From: Candidatus Berkelbacteria bacterium
Lineage (GTDB): Bacteria > Patescibacteriota > UBA1384 > 2-12-FULL-50-11
Reading direction: 5' to 3'
Length of the DNA stretch: 57,267 nt
NCBI GenBank assembly: GCA_024654065.1
Contig: JANLIQ010000056.1
Coordinates: 1 to 57,267 of the forward strand
The position numbers were made by a program, and so were the translations under genes. A model generated the notes under the pieces. The model saw nothing but the letters and a program-made list of their open reading frames with translations, searched no databases and was not told the origin of the DNA. Every line of letters begins with the position of its first letter. Position 1 is the stretch's first letter. This document shows, piece by piece, positions 49,682 to 57,267 of this stretch.

Positions 49682-50485
49682 TTAGCTAGCAAGTTCTCTA
49701 AGATCTTTTTCAATTACTTTTGCCGCAAGGGGGTCGAAGATCTGGAGCAGTACCTGATACTTTCCGTAAGCCTCATTAGCTTTCTTTTGATCTCCCAGCT
49801 CCCCGTAAATTGCAGAAAGTAAACCGTGAAGTTGAGCGAGACGACGACCGTAATCGCTACCCGGGTGTTCGGCCAAATACCATCCCAGAGATTCTTCGGC
49901 CCAATCTCGTGCTTTCTCAAAATTTCCAAGTTTAAATTGGATTCGAGCCCCATCAAGTAATGTTGTTGAGCGAAAAAACCCTGCCGAAGGATCGTTTTTA
50001 AAGAGGTTGAGGGCCTTCTCTATAAATGGCTCCGCTTGTTTAGGTAGATTTTGCTTGTAAAAGTGAAGTCCAAGCTTGTCATACGTAACGGCTAGCTCTC
50101 CAAAGAATTCTGTTGGTTCTAATGTCTCGATGGCTTTTTGAAAATAGTTAACAGCGGTTTGGGAATCTTGAGCATAATCTGCGCAACTAGCAATGTCCCT
50201 ATAGAGCCCTCCAAGCATTTTTCGATCGCCCAATGTTCGGTATATCTCCTCTGCGGATGCAAAATAATTCAAGGCGTCTCGATAGTAAGAGCTTTCTATA
50301 CTAAGAACAGACTCTTTTGCTGCTACTCCAGCCAAATGGAATGCACGGGCACGGAAAAAGTTTTCGTGATTATCCGACGCCAGAGAAACAATTTCTTTGT
50401 ACGCCTTAATCGCCTCATCAACTTGTGCACTGTTTCTCAACCGATCGGCCTGAGCTAATAAATCTTCAAAGTCTATACTGGGCAT
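49682..50485 (-). CDS. Tetratricopeptide-repeat protein
   Basis: Repeated TPR-like helices (A..YFQKA, LG..FY...A...EKAL). Confidence 0.75.
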   Translation of the reverse strand: MPSIDFEDLLAQADRLRNSAQVDEAIKAYKEIVSLASDNHENFFRARAFHLAGVAAKESVLSIESSYYRDALNYFASAEEIYRTLGDRKMLGGLYRDIASCADYAQDSQTAVNYFQKAIETLEPTEFFGELAVTYDKLGLHFYKQNLPKQAEPFIEKALNLFKNDPSAGFFRSTTLLDGARIQFKLGNFEKARDWAEESLGWYLAEHPGSDYGRRLAQLHGLLSAIYGELGDQKKANEAYGKYQVLLQIFDPLAAKVIEKDLRELAS

Positions 50486-53074
50486 CTAGCCTAGGTGATG
50501 TGTGGCGTTTATTAATCCACACTGTTTGTACTTATATGGTCTCTTTGTTGCTGGATTCACCGCGCCACAAGGGCATGGATCGTTACGGCCAACTTTTTTA
50601 CTATGTCCAAGCGCAGTTGCTGACGGTTCAGAAGGGTCGTTAGTTATCAGTTGCTGTGGGGTTTTCTCGACTTTAACTGGTTCGTTACTCTCTATTTGGG
50701 CACGAAGCAGCAAGTCGACAATCTGGGTATCAACTGCCCCTTGGAGCTGAAGAAAGATATCATAGGCTTCGCGTTTATACTCAACAATCGGCTCTCTTTG
50801 GCCGTAACCACGCAAACCAATACTTTCACGCAGCGCCTCCATCGTTTTCAGATGCTCAATCCACATCGTATCTATAATTCGCAAACTTACTGCCCTCTCA
50901 ACATCGAGCTGAAGTTCTTTTGGCCAGGAATCATATTTCTGCTCATAGGCAGCTTTCTGTTCAGGATTCATAAGTGAGGTTAATTCGTCATGTAACACAG
51001 CCGCTTGATCAGGCTGGGTTCTTACGATCCGGTCTCGACGACGATAAATTGCTTCACGATGCTTATTCATTACGTCGTCGTACTCAACCAACTGTTTACG
51101 AATATCGAAGTTGTGGGTTTCTACCTTGGTTTGTGACTGTTCGATCGCTTTTGAAAGAAGAGAGTTATTGATACTAACATCATCTGGAATCTTAAGTCTC
51201 TCCATCAAACTCTTCATCTTTTCGCCACCGAAGATACGCATCAAATCATCATCCATCGAGACAAAGAACTGGCTAACACCAGGGTCTCCCTGGCGACCAG
51301 CTCGACCACGTAGCTGATTATCTATACGACGAGATTCGTGTCTTTCTGTTCCAATAACGAACAATCCACCGAGCTCAACTATTTGTTCGTGGTCAGTTTC
51401 CCATTTCTTGAATTCCGACTTTCCTTTGTCGTTTGAAGGTGGTTGTCCGCCCAAAATAATGTCCACCCCTCGGCCAGCCATATTTGTTGCAACCGTTACG
51501 CCACCAAGTCGTCCCGCTTCGGCAACAATCGCGCCTTCTTTTTGATGGTGCTTAGCGTTTAGGACTGTGTGGTTAATCTTTGCTGCTTTTAAGTATTTAG
51601 AAATCTTTTCAGATTTTGCGATTGAAACAGTTCCAACTAAAACTGGCTGCCCTACCTCGTTTAATTCTTTGATAAGGTTTGTAGCAGCCTGGAACTTAGC
51701 ATCTTCTGTCTTAAAAATAACATCTTGGCGATCTATTCGAACCAGAGGTCGGTGGGTTGGAATAGTGACTACCTCCAAACTGTAGATCTTAGAAAATTCC
51801 TCCGCTTCAGTTACTGCAGTACCAGTCATACCTGAAAGCTTGGCGTAAAGCCGGAAGTAATTCTGAAAAGTAATTGTAGCTAACGTTACAGACTCTTCTT
51901 GGACCGAGACACCTTCTTTTGCCTCTATGGCTTGGTGCAGGCCTGCGGAGTAACGACGGCCGTGAAGCATTCGTCCAGTGAATTCATCAACAATGATAAT
52001 CTCTCCATCCTTAACAACGTATTCTTTATTTTTATGGTAAAGAGTATATGCCTTTAGCGCTGAGTCAACGTGATGAACAAGCTCAACGTGCTCTGGCGCG
52101 TAAAGGTTTTCGATCCCGATTAACCCCTCTAGCTTTGTAATGCCTTCGCTTGTCAGGGAAGTGGCATGCGCCTTCTCGTCAACCGTAAAGTCAATTTCCG
52201 GTTTTAACTTACTAACAGTTTGGGCAAACTTGGCGTAAAGCTCCCCTGACTGAGAGCTTGGAGCTGAGATAATTAAAGGGGTTCTAGCTTCGTCGATTAA
52301 AATAGAGTCAACTTCATCGACGATAGCATATACTAACTCCCTTTGAGAAAGCTGACTCACAGATTGGGTCATATTGTCTCTCAGGTAGTCAAATCCAAAC
52401 TCGTTATTTGTACCGTAGGTAATATCTGCTCGGTAAGCTTCCTGTCTAGAAACTTCCCGGAAACAACGTAAGCGTTCGTCGCTTTCTCCGTTGTCGTGTG
52501 TTGGATCGTATATATATGAGAACTGCGGACCAATAACACCAACCTTCAGTCCCAGAAGCGAGTAGACTGGCCCTATCCAACCAGCGTCACGTCTAGCTAG
52601 GTAGTCGTTTACCGTTACTAGATGAGCACCCAGACCCGTGAGCGAATTAAGGTATAAAGGTAGGCTCGCTACTAGCGTTTTACCTTCACCCGTTTTCATT
52701 TCTGCGATCTGTCCTCGATGCAGAACCGCCCCTCCAAGAACCTGTACGTCGTAATGCCGCAAGCCTATTGCTCGTTTAGCTGCTTCACGCACCAGAGCAT
52801 AAGCATATGCTTCCTTTGGAGCCAATAACTCACTGATGACTTTCTTTCGCTCTTTGTTACGTTCCTGTCGATCATCAATCGCATTTGTTTCAGATATAAT
52901 CTCTGATGCCGATGCAGAGATAGTGCTCTTGAGTTCAGTAGATAATTTCGTTAGCTCAGAATCTGCAATAGACTCAAACTGACTCTCTAAAGAATTAGTC
53001 TCATCAACAACGTTCTGGTAACGACTAACCTCTTTTTTGTTGGCATCGCCAAACAGGCGCTCTAGAAAAGACAT
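50486..53074 (-). CDS. secA: Preprotein translocase subunit SecA
   Basis: MKTGEGKT, VTVNDYLA, DEVDSILIDEARTPLIIS, ATNMAGRG, RGRAGRQGDPG, GRNDPCPCG. Confidence 0.99.
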   Translation of the reverse strand: MSFLERLFGDANKKEVSRYQNVVDETNSLESQFESIADSELTKLSTELKSTISASASEIISETNAIDDRQERNKERKKVISELLAPKEAYAYALVREAAKRAIGLRHYDVQVLGGAVLHRGQIAEMKTGEGKTLVASLPLYLNSLTGLGAHLVTVNDYLARRDAGWIGPVYSLLGLKVGVIGPQFSYIYDPTHDNGESDERLRCFREVSRQEAYRADITYGTNNEFGFDYLRDNMTQSVSQLSQRELVYAIVDEVDSILIDEARTPLIISAPSSQSGELYAKFAQTVSKLKPEIDFTVDEKAHATSLTSEGITKLEGLIGIENLYAPEHVELVHHVDSALKAYTLYHKNKEYVVKDGEIIIVDEFTGRMLHGRRYSAGLHQAIEAKEGVSVQEESVTLATITFQNYFRLYAKLSGMTGTAVTEAEEFSKIYSLEVVTIPTHRPLVRIDRQDVIFKTEDAKFQAATNLIKELNEVGQPVLVGTVSIAKSEKISKYLKAAKINHTVLNAKHHQKEGAIVAEAGRLGGVTVATNMAGRGVDIILGGQPPSNDKGKSEFKKWETDHEQIVELGGLFVIGTERHESRRIDNQLRGRAGRQGDPGVSQFFVSMDDDLMRIFGGEKMKSLMERLKIPDDVSINNSLLSKAIEQSQTKVETHNFDIRKQLVEYDDVMNKHREAIYRRRDRIVRTQPDQAAVLHDELTSLMNPEQKAAYEQKYDSWPKELQLDVERAVSLRIIDTMWIEHLKTMEALRESIGLRGYGQREPIVEYKREAYDIFLQLQGAVDTQIVDLLLRAQIESNEPVKVEKTPQQLITNDPSEPSATALGHSKKVGRNDPCPCGAVNPATKRPYKYKQCGLINATHHLG

Positions 53075-53077
53075 TAG

Positions 53078-54289
53078 TTAAATTCGCCAATGCCGAGGCA
53101 AATTAACGGTGCCATCCGGACGTTGGTTGTTTTCAATATATGAAATTAGTAGTCGTTCAGTTGCTAATGTCCCATTAAGAGTGTGGGCTAGCTTCTCCTT
53201 ACCATCCTGAGCGCGATATTTGATACTAAATCTACGGGATTGAAAGTCGGTACAATTACTTGCTGAATGTGTTTCTCGGTATCGTTTCTGAGAAGGGAAC
53301 CACGCTTCAATGTCATATTTCTTGGCCGCAGTTGGCCCTAAGTCCCCGCTACCAATTAGTATCTTTTGGTACGGTAGCCCTAACTTCTTAACAAAGCTTT
53401 CCTCCATAGAAACTAGAAATTCGTGTTCTTCAGCTGATTGTTCGGGAGTTGTTACAGACACCATCTCGACCTTGTCGAATTGATGCTGGCGGAACATTCC
53501 CTCGACGTCCTTACCATACGAACCGACCTCACGACGAAAACAGGTGGAAAAAGCGACTAAACGTATTGGCAATTCTTCTTCTCTGAAGGTTTTGTTAGCA
53601 AAAAGGGCGAGAAGAGTTTGTTCGGAAGTGCCGGGTAGAAGTAGCTCATCTCGTTCAACTTTGAAGAAGTCGTCTTTAAGAAACGGTAAGTAACCAGCCT
53701 TCTCAAGTGTTTCGGCCTTTGTCATCACTGGCGGAATAACAGGGGTGAATCCGTGACTGACAGCCATTCTCAAAGCTTCTCCCATTATTTGCAAGTGGGC
53801 CCAGGCAGCATTGCCTTTTAAATAACGATAGCGGGAACCAGACCAATCTGCAGCGGTTTTAAGATCGAGCCAACCTGCTTTAGTCATTAATTCGTGGTGC
53901 GGTCGTCCTTCCGCTAAACGAATTTTACCCACAGTCTCTACGACTTTGTTTGCAGACTCGCCCTCACCTACCGGCACATCATCACTCACTAGATTCGGTA
54001 AGGAGAGCAGGGCGCTTTTTGCGAGACTTTCTGCCTTCTTGAGATCCTCTTCAATAATGGAAATTTTTTTGTTAATTTCCTTAGCCTGCTTTAGAACGGC
54101 TGGAGTTGGCTTACCACCGCGACTAAGGGTATTTTTTTTGGCCCGGAGTGGCTCAACATCAGCCATTAGAGAACGCCACTTGGTATCAAGCTCAAGATAT
54201 TTAACAATTAGTTTCGGGTCCTCGCCGCGTTTGGTCAGCGACTCTTTAACAATCTCGGGATGTTGACGCAATAAATCACGATCAATCAT
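53078..54289 (-). CDS. serS: Serine--tRNA ligase
   Basis: GTSEQ, CFRREVG, RQHQFDKVE, YDIEAW, SNCTDFQSRR, HTLNGT; ATG 54289. Confidence 0.98.
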   Translation of the reverse strand: MIDRDLLRQHPEIVKESLTKRGEDPKLIVKYLELDTKWRSLMADVEPLRAKKNTLSRGGKPTPAVLKQAKEINKKISIIEEDLKKAESLAKSALLSLPNLVSDDVPVGEGESANKVVETVGKIRLAEGRPHHELMTKAGWLDLKTAADWSGSRYRYLKGNAAWAHLQIMGEALRMAVSHGFTPVIPPVMTKAETLEKAGYLPFLKDDFFKVERDELLLPGTSEQTLLALFANKTFREEELPIRLVAFSTCFRREVGSYGKDVEGMFRQHQFDKVEMVSVTTPEQSAEEHEFLVSMEESFVKKLGLPYQKILIGSGDLGPTAAKKYDIEAWFPSQKRYRETHSASNCTDFQSRRFSIKYRAQDGKEKLAHTLNGTLATERLLISYIENNQRPDGTVNLPRHWRI

Positions 54290-54440
54290 GCTGGTAGTGT
54301 ACCAAACCCCCTCCTGAAACGCCAAGGGTTGAACGATACAATCACACAGTATATTGAGTAAATACGATTAGCTAAGCTATTTTATCAACTTGAACAAACT
54401 CACATGCCCTAGATAGCCGATATAAGCAGCAGAAATATAC

Positions 54441-55496
54441 TTATAGCCGCGGTGCGATTTCTTTAACCTTTTGCGTCAACTTGTGCGAATCAGCGTGTCC
54501 GATGTGACCTAAGTACGAGGGTAGGGCCTTTTCGATATCTTCCGCCAAATCAGTTTTAAGTCTCTTTAACATCCGCTTAACGGTCTTCCGACGCGGTAGG
54601 CTGTAACGAGGGAGGGCGATATAGCCAACAAAGTCGATTCCTTGGGAGAGTTTCCGCAAAGAGACTTTATTCGGGTGGATTTGCAGTTTTAATCGTTCTT
54701 TAAGAAATAGGTTCAACTCGACCAAGCAGCCAAGCAGATAATCCGGATCGGTCGAGAGAATCACAAAGTCATCAGCGTAGCGTAAGTAGTATTTAATTCT
54801 TAGCTCATGATTCACGAACTTATCAAGCGGGTCCATGTAGACGTTTGCAAAAAGCTGACTCGTTAGGTTCCCAAGTGGCATTCCTTTGCCGGACGAGAAA
54901 TGAAAACTCTCAATAATTAGCTTTAACAATTGCAGCAGTCGCTCATCCGCAAGCCGTTCTCGTAATAGTTCTAACAGAACTTCATGGTCGATCGAATCAA
55001 AGAATTTTTTAATATCCATTTTGATTGCCCAGCAGGGACGAGTGTAATTGCCGCTAACCTCCCGGCTGAAGACAGCTACTCGCTCAAAAGCTTTGTGTGT
55101 ACCTTTGCTGTCACGGCAGGAATACGAGTCGAAAATGAAAATTTTATCAAAAGCCGTGTAGAGTCTTTGGTAGATGGCCTGATGGAGCAAACGGTCGCGG
55201 ACCGGCGCTTTGCTAATCATCCGCGACTTTGGATCGGTAATGCGAAACTGCTGATAACCGCCAGGTCGGTATATTCCGTTTTCCAAATCTTCATGAAGTT
55301 GAAAAACTTTGTCTTCAAGGCGAAATTCAAATTCTTGAATATCAGGTTTGCTCCGTTTGCCTTTCCGATAGTTCTTCCAGGCTAAGAATAGATTGTCTAA
55401 AGAGATAATTTGTGCAAAAGTTCCCTCATGGAACAAAACCCGGCTTTTAAGCCCCCCCCCCAACGGAATTTTCTCCACAGGGGAGATTCCGATCAT
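54441..55496 (-). CDS. DGR reverse transcriptase (start uncertain: ATG 55496 in the current frame, or ATG 55530 if the G-tract is G9)
   Basis: RDRLLHQA, DIKKFFDSIDH, GMPLGNLTSQLFAN (SQ motif), YLRYADDF, IDFVGY, SYLGH. Confidence 0.96.
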   Translation of the reverse strand: MIGISPVEKIPLGGGLKSRVLFHEGTFAQIISLDNLFLAWKNYRKGKRSKPDIQEFEFRLEDKVFQLHEDLENGIYRPGGYQQFRITDPKSRMISKAPVRDRLLHQAIYQRLYTAFDKIFIFDSYSCRDSKGTHKAFERVAVFSREVSGNYTRPCWAIKMDIKKFFDSIDHEVLLELLRERLADERLLQLLKLIIESFHFSSGKGMPLGNLTSQLFANVYMDPLDKFVNHELRIKYYLRYADDFVILSTDPDYLLGCLVELNLFLKERLKLQIHPNKVSLRKLSQGIDFVGYIALPRYSLPRRKTVKRMLKRLKTDLAEDIEKALPSYLGHIGHADSHKLTQKVKEIAPRL

Positions 55497-55815
55497 CCAA
55501 AAGCTCTACGAGTTCCAACTGGAGTTGCATACTTGCGTTATTTCCTTTCCTAAAGTTGATAAGCACACCCTTGGCCAACAGCTTCAGACTAAAACCCTCC
55601 AGTTGATCGAGACAATTTTCCTAGCCAGTCGTCAGACGGTCGACACCAAGAAAGGCACCCTGCTTGAGTCAAACAGTCAGCTCGACCTACTGAAACTATT
55701 AGTTAGAATGAGTGCCGATATCAAAGCCCTAAATCAGAAGAAGTATATGTTATTGCAAAGAATGCTTCAAGAAGTTGGTAAAATGCTTGGTGGATGGCTC
55801 AGAAGCCTAGACTAA
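55393..55815 (+). CDS. avd: DGR accessory variability determinant (Avd, four-helix bundle), antisense to RT; start uncertain (TTG 55393, or ATG 55428 if the tract is C9)
   Basis: IPIIQKLYE, FPKVDKHTLGQ, LDLLKLLVR, EVGKMLGGW; lies between TR and RT. Confidence 0.9.
   Translation: MSKEIICAKVPSWNKTRLLSPPPNGIFSTGEIPIIQKLYEFQLELHTCVISFPKVDKHTLGQQLQTKTLQLIETIFLASRQTVDTKKGTLLESNSQLDLLKLLVRMSADIKALNQKKYMLLQRMLQEVGKMLGGWLRSLD
55452..55461. repeat. C10/G10 homopolymer in the RT/avd head-to-head overlap
   Basis: TTTTAAG-CCCCCCCCCC-AACGG. Confidence 0.95.
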
Positions 55816-55821
55816 CCAAAA

Positions 55822-55843
55822 CTCCCCGCGATCAGGCGGGGAG
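55822..55843. terminator. Hairpin 3' of TR (minus strand, followed by UUUU) and just after the avd stop
   Basis: CTCCCCGC-gatcag-GCGGGGAG. Confidence 0.65.
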
Positions 55844-55855
55844 AAACACTGACAG

Positions 55856-55984
55856 TTGCGGCAGAACACCAGACGGTAGTTGCCATTCCAGACATTGTCC
55901 GGGTTGGCATAGTTCCTGTTGACCCACGAACCGTTGGAATTGCGTTCAACGTTGAGGACGTTCAGGTTGCCGTTAGCGTCCGCT
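55856..55984 (-). repeat. DGR template repeat (TR), non-coding RNA template
   Basis: 129-nt match to VR; 12 AAY codons when read in the target frame; all 13 mismatches are at TR adenines. Confidence 0.96.
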
Positions 55985-56267
55985 TTGTGAGAAGCGCCAT
56001 CTGTATCCACTGCCCTGAGTCCGTACACTGGGGCTGTATTTTATGCGGCATTCAAATGCCAGAGCGCCTCACACCAAGTATCATATGTTTTTTAGGTTGT
56101 CTCGCGTGTCACACTGCTACAAACCTTGGTCTGCAGCACTCTGGATCGTAACGAGTTCCTAGATTCGGTAGCGGGCAGCCGTAACCGCCTGCGTATTCAC
56201 CTAATACCGCTGGTTATTGTAGCTAAAAGTATCGGTAGATCAAGGAAGCTCAAAAAAAATATATGAA

Positions 56268-56302
56268 GAAGGCCGCGCAAGCGCGGCCTTCGGGCAAAGC
56301 CC
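56268..56302. other. GC-rich hairpin/cruciform pair downstream of VR (DGR target-recognition element and/or terminator)
   Basis: GAAGGCCGCGC-AA-GCGCGGCCTTC immediately followed by GGGC-AAA-GCCC; U8 tract follows on the minus strand (56252-56259). Confidence 0.75.
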
Positions 56303-56340
56303 AAGAACACAAGAAAGTACAAGGTGCCAAGCCGCAAGAC

Positions 56341-57033
56341 TTACTTGCGGCAGAACACCAGACGGTAGTAGCCACTCCAGACAATGTCCGGGATGGCATA
56401 GTTCCCGTAGACCCACGAACCGTAGGAATAGCGTACAACGCTGAGGACGATCAGGTCGCCGTAAGCGTCCGCTAAGGGTTCGGAAACGACGATCCGCCAC
56501 TCGTCCATCGGCTGATCGGTGTACTCGCGGCGAAGCTGCAGAGCAGTCTCGTCGGGGCACTTACCGAAGCCGAACTCGTCGAGCTTGGCGTAGATGTCGC
56601 TGACCTTGGCTCCGTTGGGGAAACCCAACTCGGCGACCGTCGCCGTATACAGATCGAGCTTGCGCTCCTCTGTCTCAACGGTGAACAACTTGTTCTTGAC
56701 GACCTCCTTCGCCCAATCGGACAGCTTGTGACCTTCGGTTTCGACGGTCTTCTGCAAATCCTTCTTGTTCGGGTGGGTGCCAACGGTAATGGTCTTCCAG
56801 GCCGGGCGCTCGCTGAATGCGAGAACTTCGGCGCGCTTGGTAGCGCGGGCTTCGAACAGCTTGTAGAGTTCCTCGACAAAGTCGGGATCTCCCTTCACCA
56901 ATTCAAGCTTGGCAAGGCCGCCGGGGTACTTGAGCGACGCGTCTTCGACGATGCGTCCCATGTGCTTGGCGAGGCCGTCAGAGACGGGCTTGAATTCGGA
57001 AGTTCCGGGTGTAGTTGAAGTAGGCTGAGACAT
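56341..57033 (-). CDS. DGR target (variable) protein, 230 aa, C-terminal CLec-like variable domain
   Basis: ATG 57033 with AAGGAG; WKTITVGT...VAELGF...CPDETALQLRREYTDQP...W...W...VFCRK; VR occupies the last 43 codons. Confidence 0.9.
   Translation of the reverse strand: MSQPTSTTPGTSEFKPVSDGLAKHMGRIVEDASLKYPGGLAKLELVKGDPDFVEELYKLFEARATKRAEVLAFSERPAWKTITVGTHPNKKDLQKTVETEGHKLSDWAKEVVKNKLFTVETEERKLDLYTATVAELGFPNGAKVSDIYAKLDEFGFGKCPDETALQLRREYTDQPMDEWRIVVSEPLADAYGDLIVLSVVRYSYGSWVYGNYAIPDIVWSGYYRLVFCRK
56345..56473 (-). repeat. DGR variable repeat (VR)
   Basis: Offset 489 nt from TR; 9 A>T and 4 A>G changes on the coding strand. Confidence 0.96.
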
Positions 57034-57161
57034 CTCAGGTAGCTTCTCCTTGCGGTTTATATTCCGCGGTTGAGGCCAACTCACTATTGAGATGGACTGC
57101 AAAGAATTAAGTTATTATTTCTCTGAAGTCCACCTCAATTATTTGTTAATTTACTTGCCGA

Positions 57162-57190
57162 ACTATACCACAATCTATCGAGAAAGTCAA
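57162..57190 (-). promoter_or_regulatory. Promoter of the DGR target gene
   Basis: Minus strand TTGACT-17nt-TATAGT with TG extension. Confidence 0.7.
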
Positions 57191-57267
57191 GAGAATTGAG
57201 GGTAATGTGGATTCTAAACCTAACCCGCCAGGCAATGTAGAATAAGCGGAAAAGAAAGGCGGGTCAG

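Larger units (their letters stand above)
54441..57190 (-). mobile_element. Diversity-generating retroelement (target/VR - TR - antisense avd - RT)
   Basis: RT + Avd + TR/VR pair with adenine-only mismatches + VR-downstream hairpins. Confidence 0.96.

Noticed and set aside
54441..55496. RT as a group II intron, retron or CRISPR-associated RT
   Set aside because: No maturase/endonuclease extension or intron domain V seen; the SQ motif, Avd and TR/VR pair identify a DGR
55807..56028. 73-aa Asn-rich ORF resembling the target's C-terminus
   Set aside because: It is the TR read in the VR frame; the AAC richness reflects template function, not a separate paralogous gene
1..57267. Prophage or integrative element
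   Set aside because: No integrase, transposase, phage structural genes or tRNA/tmRNA 3'-end duplications recognised in the window

Overview
This is a gene-dense bacterial chromosome segment in standard code 11. Its style suggests Patescibacteria/CPR (inference): ThrRS without a TGS domain, CCA-less tRNAs, a long tmRNA tag, few Shine-Dalgarno sites, and CPR-type pilin and DGR target families. It carries housekeeping genes (folD, thrS, smpB, ychF, typA, DEAD helicase, ftsEX plus a CHAP hydrolase, secA, serS), 5 tRNAs, tmRNA, a CsoR-type copper operon, pyrF/pyrE-like genes and purL/purQ. The main finding is a complete diversity-generating retroelement (DGR) at about 54.4-57.2 kb. Its template repeat (TR) and variable repeat (VR) differ at 13 of 129 nt, all at template adenines. 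Unusually, avd lies antisense and head-to-head with the RT gene, and the two 5' ends overlap across one C10/G10 tract. Losing a single base from that tract would put an ATG start in frame with each gene, which suggests a shared slipped-strand switch for the hypermutation machinery. Other notable signals are a cobalamin riboswitch with a REP-like insert ahead of a DUF4430 gene, pervasive leaderless-type promoters, an XRE-Hsp20 fusion with its own operator, and two genes interrupted by single in-frame stops.
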